In this document: piece by piece, positions 8,690 through 17,861 of the stretch | How positions within the stretch are numbered: position 1 is the stretch's first letter | Layout of the letters: the number at the start of each line of letters is the position of its first letter | NCBI GenBank assembly: GCA_947311645.1 | Contig: CAMZKZ010000002.1 | Span: 1-46,798 of the forward strand | Length of the DNA: 46,798 bases | From: an uncultured Candidatus Altimarinota bacterium | GTDB lineage: Bacteria; Patescibacteriota; Gracilibacteria; CAIRYL01 | Reading direction: 5' to 3' | Program-made: the position numbers and the translations under genes | The notes under the pieces: generated by a model | Told to the model about the DNA's origin: nothing | Seen by the model: only the letters and a program-made list of their open reading frames with translations | The model's database searches: none

Positions 8690-10183
8690 TTAATAATTAT
8701 CAGATAAATCATTTTGGAATACTATAGTGTCTCCTTTTCGAAGGATATTTGCAAGATCGGCATGTGCTTCAAAGGCAGTTTTATAGGTTTTTATTATCAT
8801 ATTATGATTATTTCCAATGCATTCTAGCATATATTCTGTATTGGTGTTGAGGATAACGAGAAGTACATCAATATATTGAGGATAGAGTTTTGCAAGTTTT
8901 TCATGAGTACTCTTTGCATCGTTTCCGAGTTCTACAATTCCGGGTGTTAAGACAATCTTTCGACCGTTCGCTCTTTTGAGTGTTTTGAGTCCAGATATAA
9001 AACCATTAAGGTTTCCATTGTAGCTATCGTCTATAACGGTTACTCCGGTTTGTTTGTTATGTATTACTTCAAGTCGATGTGGAACATGGTCTAATTTTTG
9101 TATTCCAGTAGTAATATTTTCTTCTGATAACTCTAAAGTTTCTGCAATGTGTAAACAAAAATAAAGAGATGAAACAATATGGTCTGCAATGAGTTTTGTT
9201 TTGCACTGTATATATTTTGAATTATATTTATATTCAAAGCTAATTCCAGAAAAATCTGGTAAATATTCTATGTTTTGAAGAGTTGTATTATTTTTTATAT
9301 CTCCATTTACGAGCATAATTTCAAGAGTTTTGGGCAGTGTATCTTTTTTGTTCTTTTGAAATTCTTCATGATAATTTTTTATCGTTGTATCTGAAATATT
9401 GAGAAATGCTTTTTGTGTTGTTGCTTCTACAATTTCAAATTTTGCTTTTTTAATATTTTCATGACTTCCAAATCTTTCGAGGTGCTGGTTTCCAATTGCT
9501 GTTAAAAAAGAATAATCTGGTTGAATAAACTCACAAATACTTTTAATTTCTCCAATACAAAATGCTCCCATTTCCAAGAGTATAATATCGGATTGTTCGA
9601 TTTCTGTTGTATTTTGTAGTACATAATTTGCAATTCCTAAATCTGTATTTATATTTCCAGGAACAAGAAAAACAGTATATTTTTCCGATAATAAAGATTG
9701 TAAAATTGTTTTAATTGTTGTTTTCCCATATGATCCAGTTATTCCAATACTTATAAACTGTGGATTTTTTTTTCGTATATTTTGTAGTAATTTTTTTGCA
9801 TTATTTAAAATTTTCTTTTTTTGAAATGAAAGAAGCGGAGAAAGTAAATAATCTGCAATAATGATATGAAAAGGTATGAATGCAAATACTAATATGATGT
9901 TAAGTACGAAGAAAAATATGAAAGCATAATCTAGAATGTTTTGGTAATGTAGACTAAAAATCATTGAAATATCAGAGTGAAGATCTCTGTATACAAAATA
10001 ATAAAAATCTACAATAAACAAAACAAGAGAGAGGAATATCAGTATTTTAGCTCGTAGGGTCCAATCAATTTTTCCTCGTTTTTGTAAATTGAACCAATTA
10101 AGATGAGAATATGCAAATTGTAAAAATCTGTTTCGGTCGTAATGTTCAGATTGAAAAATATAGAGTAATTGAGAAAAAATCAT
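8690..10183 (-). CDS. Mur ligase family protein (MurF-like) with an N-terminal multi-TM segment
   Basis: Mur ligase P-loop GITGSYGKTT, DDSYNGN, and the C-terminal domain TPGIVELG. The first ~125 aa are hydrophobic with about 3-4 predicted helices, where the usual MurF N-terminal domain would be. Confidence 0.7.
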   Translation of the reverse strand: MIFSQLLYIFQSEHYDRNRFLQFAYSHLNWFNLQKRGKIDWTLRAKILIFLSLVLFIVDFYYFVYRDLHSDISMIFSLHYQNILDYAFIFFFVLNIILVFAFIPFHIIIADYLLSPLLSFQKKKILNNAKKLLQNIRKKNPQFISIGITGSYGKTTIKTILQSLLSEKYTVFLVPGNINTDLGIANYVLQNTTEIEQSDIILLEMGAFCIGEIKSICEFIQPDYSFLTAIGNQHLERFGSHENIKKAKFEIVEATTQKAFLNISDTTIKNYHEEFQKNKKDTLPKTLEIMLVNGDIKNNTTLQNIEYLPDFSGISFEYKYNSKYIQCKTKLIADHIVSSLYFCLHIAETLELSEENITTGIQKLDHVPHRLEVIHNKQTGVTVIDDSYNGNLNGFISGLKTLKRANGRKIVLTPGIVELGNDAKSTHEKLAKLYPQYIDVLLVILNTNTEYMLECIGNNHNMIIKTYKTAFEAHADLANILRKGDTIVFQNDLSDNY

Positions 10184-10308
10184 ATCTATAAAAATAGTGA
10201 AAAAATAGGAATTAATCGTGTATGTATTATGCAGAACTGAAGAAAAAGGTACAATACCTTTACAAAAAGAGGTAGTATATTAATGTCTATTTTTTACATA
10301 TATCAATT

Positions 10309-11550
10309 ATGAATTTGCAAGCAAAATGTCCACAGTGTTCGTATGAATTTTCTTTGTCGGAAGAATTACAAAAAGGAGTAGAAGAAAAATGGAAAAAATA
10401 TTCTGAAGAAAAAGCAGTGGAGGCAAAAAAACATTACGAAGAGACTTTGCAAAAAGAAAAGATTCAATTATGGAAAGTTGCACAAGAAAAAGCAGATGAA
10501 AAAATTAAATCAGAATATGATACAAAGGTAAAAAATCTTGAAAATCAAAATCTTGAAAATCAAAAAAAATTGGAAGAGTCGCAACAAAAAGAGTTGGAAT
10601 TTCTTAAAAAAGAAAGAGCTTTGGAGGAAAAGTCAAAAAATATAGAATTGGAACTGGAAAAAAAATTGCAAATACAACTGAAGGAAGAGCGTGAAAAACA
10701 AGAGAAAAAAATGGAAGAACAAATATCTGAAGAAAAAAGAAAAATAGAAGAAAATATTAAAAGCAAATTTTTAGATGATCATCGGTTAAAACTTGCAGAA
10801 AAAGATAAGCAAATGGAGCAAATGAAAAAATCGTTAGAAGATGCACAGCGAAGAGCAGAACAAGGCTCTATGCAGATTCAAGGAGATGTAAAAGAAAACG
10901 ATTTACGAGATATGTTACAAAAAGAATTTATTACAGATGTTATAGCAGATGTTCCAACGGGTATTCGTGGTGCAGATATTATTCAAACGGTACGAAACAA
11001 TTTAGGGCAAAAATCTGGAGTGATTGTATGGGAATCGAAAAATACAAAGAGTTGGACAGAAGGGTGGGTGCAAAAATTACGAGACGACCAAGCAAGTATT
11101 GGGGCGGATATTGCAATTTTAGTAACAAAAACATTGCCAGAGGGGGTTGAACAATACGAATTTAGAAATGGTGTGTGGGTAGTAAGTTATGGATTTGCTC
11201 TTTCTTTAGTGTCATTATTACGATTTCATATTTTAGAAATTGGAGTGGTAAAATCAAGCATGGAAGGAAAAGATGAAAAAATGAATATGCTGTATGAGTA
11301 TTTATCATCTCCGCAATTTAAAAATAAAATAGAAAATATTGTTGATGCATTTTCAAGCATGAAGTCTGATTTAGATGCAGAAAAAAGAGCATTTCAAAAG
11401 CATTGGAGTAAGCGAGAAAAGCAATTAGAACGAGTAATGTTGAACACAACAAGTTTTTATGGAGATTTGCAAGGAATTGCAGGAAATTCTTTACCACAAG
11501 TTTCAGCATTAGAATTACCATCAGAGGGAGAAGACGGGGAATTGTTTTAG
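10309..11550 (+). CDS. DUF2130-like protein: N-terminal zinc ribbon, long Lys/Glu coiled coil, conserved C-terminal globular domain
   Basis: CPQCSYEF at the N-terminus, about 170 aa of K/E-rich heptad-like sequence, and a C-terminal block GIRGADIIQTV...VIVWESKNTKSWTEGWVQKLRDDQ...ADIAILVT that I recall from DUF2130 family members. Confidence 0.6.
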   Translation: MNLQAKCPQCSYEFSLSEELQKGVEEKWKKYSEEKAVEAKKHYEETLQKEKIQLWKVAQEKADEKIKSEYDTKVKNLENQNLENQKKLEESQQKELEFLKKERALEEKSKNIELELEKKLQIQLKEEREKQEKKMEEQISEEKRKIEENIKSKFLDDHRLKLAEKDKQMEQMKKSLEDAQRRAEQGSMQIQGDVKENDLRDMLQKEFITDVIADVPTGIRGADIIQTVRNNLGQKSGVIVWESKNTKSWTEGWVQKLRDDQASIGADIAILVTKTLPEGVEQYEFRNGVWVVSYGFALSLVSLLRFHILEIGVVKSSMEGKDEKMNMLYEYLSSPQFKNKIENIVDAFSSMKSDLDAEKRAFQKHWSKREKQLERVMLNTTSFYGDLQGIAGNSLPQVSALELPSEGEDGELF

Positions 11551-11602
11551 TGTTTGTGTTAATACCTCTTCTCTTTCGGATTACTCCTTGTTCCTTTATG
11601 TG

Positions 11603-12259
11603 TTATGCGTATTTTTTAAATTGTAAATATGCAAGTGCCCAAAAAAGTTGAGCCAATGCAAAATATAGAGAGTCGAGTGCAAAATATATTCCGACTGCAT
11701 AGCTGATAGCGTATAATCGTGCTGGTGTTAAAAATGAAATAATATGTACATATTTGCTGAATATGGTTTTAAATAATCCTAGTAATGCAAAGGGTAGAGA
11801 GTACCAATTAATTATTCCAAGAGCATGAATAGATATAATATCTGAAACTCCATAAAAAAATTGTGGATTATGAAAAAAATTTGATGCTCGTGTTCCATTT
11901 CGCTGATGTTGGCTTACAAAAAAATGTCCAATTGCCCAAAAAACAAATGCTCCTGCTGCGATATGCGAGGATATGGCATTTGTATCGAATGAAAAGGTGG
12001 CGTTAGATTGTAGTAACTGTAATTCTATGGAAATCGCAGTAAAGATATTTACAATAGCTAAAACAGTAAAAGGGATACCTATTTTTTTATTATAATATAT
12101 TTCAAAAAATTTAGCACAAAATACAAAAAAAGTTATGAATATATTTGCATACAGTCCAAATGGTCCCGCTTTATATAAAGCTAAAAATGTATTTCCAATC
12201 ATAAATAATGTTGCAGGGTATTGTAATGCGGAATATATAGAATAGAAAAAATGTTTCAT
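11603..12259 (-). CDS. hypothetical integral membrane protein (about 6 TM helices)
   Basis: ORF track. Hydrophobic throughout. No recognisable motif. Confidence 0.5.
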   Translation of the reverse strand: MKHFFYSIYSALQYPATLFMIGNTFLALYKAGPFGLYANIFITFFVFCAKFFEIYYNKKIGIPFTVLAIVNIFTAISIELQLLQSNATFSFDTNAISSHIAAGAFVFWAIGHFFVSQHQRNGTRASNFFHNPQFFYGVSDIISIHALGIINWYSLPFALLGLFKTIFSKYVHIISFLTPARLYAISYAVGIYFALDSLYFALAQLFWALAYLQFKKYA

Positions 12260-12438
12260 GTATGGGAAGTGTAAGTGTGTAATGGTAGTATGAGTGTATC
12301 AAGAAAATATGTATGAATAGAATGGAAGAACATATTTTGATGTTAGAACAGCAGTGAAATAAAAAAATATCGCATTTTTTTTGTTTTTTCTATACTATTT
12401 GCATAAAATAATATTTATAAATATTTGTAATATATCGT

Positions 12439-14925
12439 ATGGCTAAAAATCTTGTAATAGTGGAGTCTCCTGCAAAAGCAAAAACTATCGAAAAATACCT
12501 AGGAAAAGATTTTGTAGTGAAATCAAGTTTTGGGCATATTCGAGATTTGCCAAAAAGTGGAATGTCTATAGATATTGAAGGTGGGACATTTGAACCAATT
12601 TATGAAATTTCACAGGGAAAAAATAAGGTTGTAAATGAGCTAAAGCGAGAGGTTAAAAAAGCAGATATTGTATGGCTGGCAGCCGACGATGACCGAGAAG
12701 GGGAAGCTATTGCATGGCATTTATACGAAGCATTGGGGTTAAAAAATAAAGAAAATAAAAGAATTGTTTTTCATGAAATTACAAAAAAAGCAGTAACGCA
12801 TGCAGTTGCAAATCCGGTTACATTAAATAAAAATTTGGTCGATGCACAGCAAGCACGACGAGTTTTAGATAGGCTTGTAGGGTATGAATTATCTCCTGTA
12901 TTATGGCGAAAAATTCAAGCTGGGCTTTCTGCGGGACGAGTACAAAGTGTTGCAGTTCGAATTGTTGTAGAGCGAGAACAAGAAATCGAAAAGTTTGAAG
13001 CGAACTCTGTATATAAAGTTATTGCAAGTTTTACATTGCGAAGCGGTGAAACACTTTCTGGAGAATTGCCAACAAAGTTTGCAACAAAAGAGCAAGCAAA
13101 GGCTTTTTTAGAACAGTGTATTGTTGCAGATTTTCAAATTGAATCAGTTGAAAAAAAACCATCAAAACGAAATCCATCAGCTCCATTTACAACATCAACA
13201 TTGCAACAAGCTGCATCTACGCGACTTGGTTTTTCTGTAAAACAAACAATGATGCTTGCACAGAGATTGTATGAGGCAGGGAAAATTACATATATGCGTA
13301 CAGATTCTGTGAACTTATCTGGTGATGCTGTAGCAAATGCGGTAAAAAATATTACGCAAAAATATGGAAAAGATTTTGTAGAAACTCGTACATTTAAAAC
13401 AAAATCAAAAGGTGCACAAGAAGCCCATGAAGCAATTCGTCCAACTGATTTTTCTGTTGAAAAAGCAGGATTTGATGAACAGCAAAAAAAACTCTATACA
13501 TTGATTTGGCAAAGAACAATTGCATCGCAAATGGCACCAGCTCAGCTCGAACGAACAACAGTTACTATCGGAGATGCAAATACAACACAGCATCTTGATT
13601 CTGCATTTACGGCAAAAGGCGAAATTGTTACATTTGAAGGATTTTTAAAAGCCTATGGTGCCGATGATAAAGATAAACTGTTGCCAAATGTATTAGTTGG
13701 AGACATGGTAAAACTTGAAGAATTATCAAGTCGAGAAACATTTTCAAAACCACCAGCACGATATACAGAGGCATCGCTTGTAAAAATTTTAGAAGAAAAA
13801 GGGATTGGGAGGCCTTCTACATTTGCTCCAACTATTTCAACAATTCAAGCACGAGGGTATATTATAAAAGGAGAAGCAGATGGAGAAGAAAGAAAATATA
13901 TAACTCTGCGATTAGATGATGAGAAAAAAAATATTACAGAGCTTGTATTATCAGAAAAAACAGGGAGTAATAAAGGGAAGTTGATTCCAACTTCGATAGG
14001 GGTTGTTGTAAATACATTTTTAACAACGCATTTTTCACAAATTGTAGACTATGATTTTACAAAAAATGTAGAAGAAGAATTTGATGATATTGCAGAAGGA
14101 AAAACACAATGGAATAAAATGATTTCAGGGTTTTATGGTGATTTCAAGAAAAATATCGATGTGAAAATGGATACGGTAGATAGAGCCGAAGCAATAAATG
14201 AAAGAGTTTTAGGGGTAGATGAAAAAACTGGAAAACCACTTTCTGTTCGAGTTGGTCGATTTGGTGCATATGCACAAATTGGAACAAAAGACGATGAAGA
14301 AAAACCTACATTTGCCTCGTTGAGACCTGGTCAGCATATGGATACTATAACATTTGAAGAAGCTCTTGAGTTATTTAAAATGCCACGACTGGTTGGAAAA
14401 ACACAAGAAGGGCACGATATTAAAGCAAATTATGGGCGATTTGGTCCGTATATAATGTTTAAAGATGATACAGCTGGAAAAGTATTGTATCAATCACTTG
14501 CCAAAATAAATGCAGATCCAATGGATGTTACATTAGAACAATGTTTAGAATTGGTTGCATTTAAAAAGCAGGCAGAAATAGAGAAATACATCAAAAATTT
14601 TAAAGATGATCCAGATGCAAAAACAGAAGAGGATAAAGCAATTGAAATTTTAAAAGGTCGATGGGGGCCATATGTTACAGATGGAGATAAAAATATTCGT
14701 GTTCCAAAAGAGATTGAAGATGCTACAACTCTTACTCTGAAAGACTGTAAAGATCTTTTGAAAAAAGCAAAACCTGGAAAGAAAAAGAAAGTTGTGAAGA
14801 AAAAAGCAGTAAAGAAAAACGCGGTGAAGAAAAAAGTGGTAAAAAAGCAGGTTGTGAAAAAGAAGACAACACCTAAAAAGACTGTTTCAAAAAAAGTACT
14901 GAAGAAACCTGTTGTGAAAAAATAA
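12439..14925 (+). CDS. topA: DNA topoisomerase I with a Lys-rich C-terminal tail
   Basis: Toprim start LVIVESPAKAKTIEKYLG. C-terminal repeats GRFGAYAQIG, GRFGPYIMF and GRWGPYVTDG. Terminal (V/A)VKKK repeats. Confidence 0.95.
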   Translation: MAKNLVIVESPAKAKTIEKYLGKDFVVKSSFGHIRDLPKSGMSIDIEGGTFEPIYEISQGKNKVVNELKREVKKADIVWLAADDDREGEAIAWHLYEALGLKNKENKRIVFHEITKKAVTHAVANPVTLNKNLVDAQQARRVLDRLVGYELSPVLWRKIQAGLSAGRVQSVAVRIVVEREQEIEKFEANSVYKVIASFTLRSGETLSGELPTKFATKEQAKAFLEQCIVADFQIESVEKKPSKRNPSAPFTTSTLQQAASTRLGFSVKQTMMLAQRLYEAGKITYMRTDSVNLSGDAVANAVKNITQKYGKDFVETRTFKTKSKGAQEAHEAIRPTDFSVEKAGFDEQQKKLYTLIWQRTIASQMAPAQLERTTVTIGDANTTQHLDSAFTAKGEIVTFEGFLKAYGADDKDKLLPNVLVGDMVKLEELSSRETFSKPPARYTEASLVKILEEKGIGRPSTFAPTISTIQARGYIIKGEADGEERKYITLRLDDEKKNITELVLSEKTGSNKGKLIPTSIGVVVNTFLTTHFSQIVDYDFTKNVEEEFDDIAEGKTQWNKMISGFYGDFKKNIDVKMDTVDRAEAINERVLGVDEKTGKPLSVRVGRFGAYAQIGTKDDEEKPTFASLRPGQHMDTITFEEALELFKMPRLVGKTQEGHDIKANYGRFGPYIMFKDDTAGKVLYQSLAKINADPMDVTLEQCLELVAFKKQAEIEKYIKNFKDDPDAKTEEDKAIEILKGRWGPYVTDGDKNIRVPKEIEDATTLTLKDCKDLLKKAKPGKKKKVVKKKAVKKNAVKKKVVKKQVVKKKTTPKKTVSKKVLKKPVVKK

Positions 14926-14950
14926 TATAATTATAATTTTAACTAAAAAA

Positions 14951-15550
14951 ATGACAAATAATGCAACTTCGAAAAGCCATTTTGCAGAAATAACATCACG
15001 AACAATACAGTTAGATATGAAGGATATTGATACTGATATTATTATTCCTGCTGAATTTTTAAAAATTGTTACAAAAGAGGGGTTAGGAAAAAATGTTTTT
15101 TATAACCTTCGACAAAATGATGCAAATTTTCCAATGGATAGGGAAGAGTTTAAAGATGCAAGAATTGTGGTTGCAGGAAAAAACTTTGGATGTGGGTCAA
15201 GTCGTGAACATGCACCATGGGCATTAAAAGATGCAGGAGTAGATATTGTGATTTCAAGTGAATTTGCAGATATTTTTAAAGGAAATGCAGAAAAAAATGG
15301 GGTATTACCTGTTATATTAGATGAAAAAGTTGTTCAAAAACTGTTAAATAATCCAGAATTAGATGAGCTAACAGTAGATTTAGCATCGCAACGGGTTATT
15401 GAAAAAGATGGTTCTGTGCATTTATTTGAAATTGCAGAGTTTACCAAACGACGATTTTTAGAAAATATATCAGATCTTGATTATTTATTGGATCATGCAG
15501 ATGAAATTAGAAGTATAGAGAAAAAAAGAAAAGAGCATTTATATTTTTAG
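14951..15550 (+). CDS. leuD: 3-isopropylmalate dehydratase small subunit-like protein (aconitase swivel domain)
   Basis: DTDIIIPAEFLK and GKNFGCGSSREHAPWAL motifs. The sequence is collinear with E. coli LeuD over its full ~200 aa length. Confidence 0.85.
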   Translation: MTNNATSKSHFAEITSRTIQLDMKDIDTDIIIPAEFLKIVTKEGLGKNVFYNLRQNDANFPMDREEFKDARIVVAGKNFGCGSSREHAPWALKDAGVDIVISSEFADIFKGNAEKNGVLPVILDEKVVQKLLNNPELDELTVDLASQRVIEKDGSVHLFEIAEFTKRRFLENISDLDYLLDHADEIRSIEKKRKEHLYF

Positions 15551-15553
15551 GGT

Positions 15554-16030
15554 TTATATTTCATCGCTTGCAAGTAATGCAATAGCGAGTGCATCAGCAG
15601 CATCATCGGGTTGTGGAATAGTATTGAGACCAAGTCGCATTTTAAGAATTGTTTGGAGTTGAAATTTTTCAGCTTGTCCATGTCCTACAATTTTACTTTT
15701 AATTTCGGTTGGAGAATATTCAATTATTTCGCATCCAGATTTCCTGCATAAAAATTCTATAACTCCTCTTGCTTCGGCAACACGAATAGCATTGTTTACA
15801 TTTTGTCCCCAAAACATTTTTTCTATAGCGAGAATCGTTGGGGAGTATTGTTGTAGAAGTTCAGATATATCCTGTGCGAGGTTGCAGAGTCTATCTTGAA
15901 ATATATCATTTTTATCTGTTGTTATTACACCAAAATCAAGTACTTCAAACGGAGAAGTACTTGATTTTTTTATGAGAATGGCAAATCCACATCGATCGTA
16001 TCCTGGGTCGATTCCGAGAATAGTATGCAT
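15554..16030 (-). CDS. ruvC: crossover junction endodeoxyribonuclease RuvC
   Basis: ILGIDPGYDRCGFAIL N-terminus, a length of 158 aa, and a C-terminal DAADALAIAL motif. Confidence 0.9.
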   Translation of the reverse strand: MHTILGIDPGYDRCGFAILIKKSSTSPFEVLDFGVITTDKNDIFQDRLCNLAQDISELLQQYSPTILAIEKMFWGQNVNNAIRVAEARGVIEFLCRKSGCEIIEYSPTEIKSKIVGHGQAEKFQLQTILKMRLGLNTIPQPDDAADALAIALLASDEI

Positions 16031-16046
16031 GAAACAGTGTTATTGT

Positions 16047-16979
16047 TTAAAATTTTGATACATAGTTGAATATTGAATTTGCAGCAACTGCACCTTCTCC
16101 AACAGCCGTAGCAATTTGATGAAAATGGTTTGATCCTGTTGTAACATCACCGGCAGAGAATAATCCTGCATGATTTGGAAGTGCTTGTTCTTTTGTTACT
16201 TCAATATATCCACCTTTATCTTTTTCAATAGTGAACGGGTCGAGTAGGGCAGTATTTGGGTCTGCACCAATTTCTATGAAACATCCATCAAGGGTGAATT
16301 CTTTTCCATCGGTAGAAATAACTTTTTCGAGTTTGGTATCTCCTGCAAATTCTCCAATAGAAGTGTTATATACAATTTCTATGTTCTTTTTTTCCAGAAG
16401 TTTTTCTTGCCAAATTGGTTCTGCTCGCATTGTATCTTTTCGTACAAATAAATATACCTTTGGACAAAGGTCTGCCATATAAATAGCTGCTGTTACAGCA
16501 CTATCTCCTGCACCAACGATTCCAACAGTTTTTTCTTTAAAAAACATTCCGTCGCATGTTGCACAATATGTAACACCTTTTCCGTAAAATGTATCTTCCC
16601 CAATAGCTCCAAGTTTTCGATTTTTTGTTCCAAGAGCGAGAAGAACTGTTTTTGTTGTGAGGGTTTCTCCTGAGTATGCAAGATGAAGAGAGTATGTATT
16701 ATCTGCATTTTTTTCTATTGTTTTTACTTCATCCATTTTTGTTTCTGCTCCATATTCAACAGCAGATTCTTTAAATTTTTTCATTAATTCTGGTCCTTTT
16801 ATGCTTACAAAACCTGGATAATTTTCTATATCATGGGCGAGTGCACTTTGTCCTCCTTCTTGAAGTCCAATTACAAGTGTTTTGAGTTTGTATCGTACTG
16901 TGTATAAAGCAGCAGTATATCCTGCAGCTCCTGCACCAATAATAATAGTATCATAATCTGTTTGTGTAGGGTTCGTCAT
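16047..16979 (-). CDS. trxB: thioredoxin-disulfide reductase
   Basis: FAD-binding site IIIGAGAAG, redox centre CATCDG, NADPH-binding site GIVGAGDSAV. Confidence 0.9.
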   Translation of the reverse strand: MTNPTQTDYDTIIIGAGAAGYTAALYTVRYKLKTLVIGLQEGGQSALAHDIENYPGFVSIKGPELMKKFKESAVEYGAETKMDEVKTIEKNADNTYSLHLAYSGETLTTKTVLLALGTKNRKLGAIGEDTFYGKGVTYCATCDGMFFKEKTVGIVGAGDSAVTAAIYMADLCPKVYLFVRKDTMRAEPIWQEKLLEKKNIEIVYNTSIGEFAGDTKLEKVISTDGKEFTLDGCFIEIGADPNTALLDPFTIEKDKGGYIEVTKEQALPNHAGLFSAGDVTTGSNHFHQIATAVGEGAVAANSIFNYVSKF

Positions 16980-17020
16980 ATTTTTTTTGTAAATGTATAT
17001 AAAATGATAAATATATTGTA

Positions 17021-17407
17021 CTACAGAGTAGCAATAATTTCAATCTCAACTTTTGCATCAAGGGGAAGTTTTGCGACTTGAAAACAACTTCTCGCTGGAG
17101 GAGTAATATCTCCAAGAAATTCAGCATATCGTATATTTACTGCATCATAGTCATTAAGATCAGCAAGATAAATTACGACTTTTGCAATGTGTTCTTTTGT
17201 TATATTTCCTGCAGAAAGTAATGCTTCGATATTTGTAAAAACCTGTGTAAGTTCTGTGTCTAATGTTGCATTATTCATTTTCCCTTCGGGAGTGAGTGCG
17301 ATTTGTCCTGAAAAATAAAAAGTATTTCCTGCTTGTACGGCAGGTGAGTATGGAGCTGCTGGTTTTGCTGCATTTTCTGGGTAGATTGCTGTTATTTTTG
17401 TAGTCAT
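17021..17407 (-). CDS. ridA: RidA/YjgF family reactive-intermediate deaminase
   Basis: PYSPAVQAGNTFYFSGQIAL signature, 128 aa. Confidence 0.85.
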   Translation of the reverse strand: MTTKITAIYPENAAKPAAPYSPAVQAGNTFYFSGQIALTPEGKMNNATLDTELTQVFTNIEALLSAGNITKEHIAKVVIYLADLNDYDAVNIRYAEFLGDITPPARSCFQVAKLPLDAKVEIEIIATL

Positions 17408-17483
17408 ATGAAAGTATGTATAAGAAATTATATAAGTATGATACTGTTTTTTTTATGGTTTTGTAAAATAAAAAGAACAGATA

Positions 17484-17512
17484 TTGACAAATTTTATATT
17501 TTTTTAGATAAT
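17484..17512 (+). promoter_or_regulatory. sigma-70-like promoter for rpsU
   Basis: TTGACA (17484-17489), a 17-nt spacer, then GATAAT (17507-17512), about 40 nt upstream of the rpsU ATG. Confidence 0.6.
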
Positions 17513-17552
17513 GACTGAGTAAAAAAACAATATATTCTTTCTTAAGAAAAAC

Positions 17553-17768
17553 ATGGCTACTTGGGCAGTAAAAAAAGATGATGGAAACGAAACAAATGAG
17601 CGACTTATTAAACGATGGAAACGACAAATGAATAACTCTCGGGTTATGCTTAATGTTCGAAACGGTCGATATTTTAAAAAAGCACTTACAAAACGACAAA
17701 TTCGAGAAGGTGCAGTAATTGCAGATGGATATAGAGCAGAAAATAAAAGAAAAGCATTTTACGCATAA
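17553..17768 (+). CDS. rpsU: 30S ribosomal protein S21
   Basis: Small basic protein. The pattern ERLIKRWKRQ...RNGRYFKKALTKRQ matches the S21 pattern (E..L.RFKR ... R...Y.KP...R). Confidence 0.65.
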   Translation: MATWAVKKDDGNETNERLIKRWKRQMNNSRVMLNVRNGRYFKKALTKRQIREGAVIADGYRAENKRKAFYA

Positions 17769-17794
17769 TTTTGTTTTGCTTTCTCTTTCATTTA

Positions 17795-17826
17795 AAAACA
17801 GATTTGTAATGAATCTGTTTTTTGTG
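17795..17826 (+). terminator. intrinsic terminator after rpsU
   Basis: Stem aaaacagatt (17795-17804) pairs with aatctgtttt (17812-17821), followed by a T-run. Confidence 0.75.
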
Positions 17827-17861
17827 TTTTTTAATAAAATTATTTAACTATAAGCTGTTGT

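Noticed and set aside
17479-17495. Shared motif aacagatattg(a/t)caaat near rpsU (17479) and rpmB (21481), as a dispersed repeat or operator
   Set aside because: It is best explained as two consensus -35 (TTGACA) promoter regions in AT-rich context, read on opposite strands.
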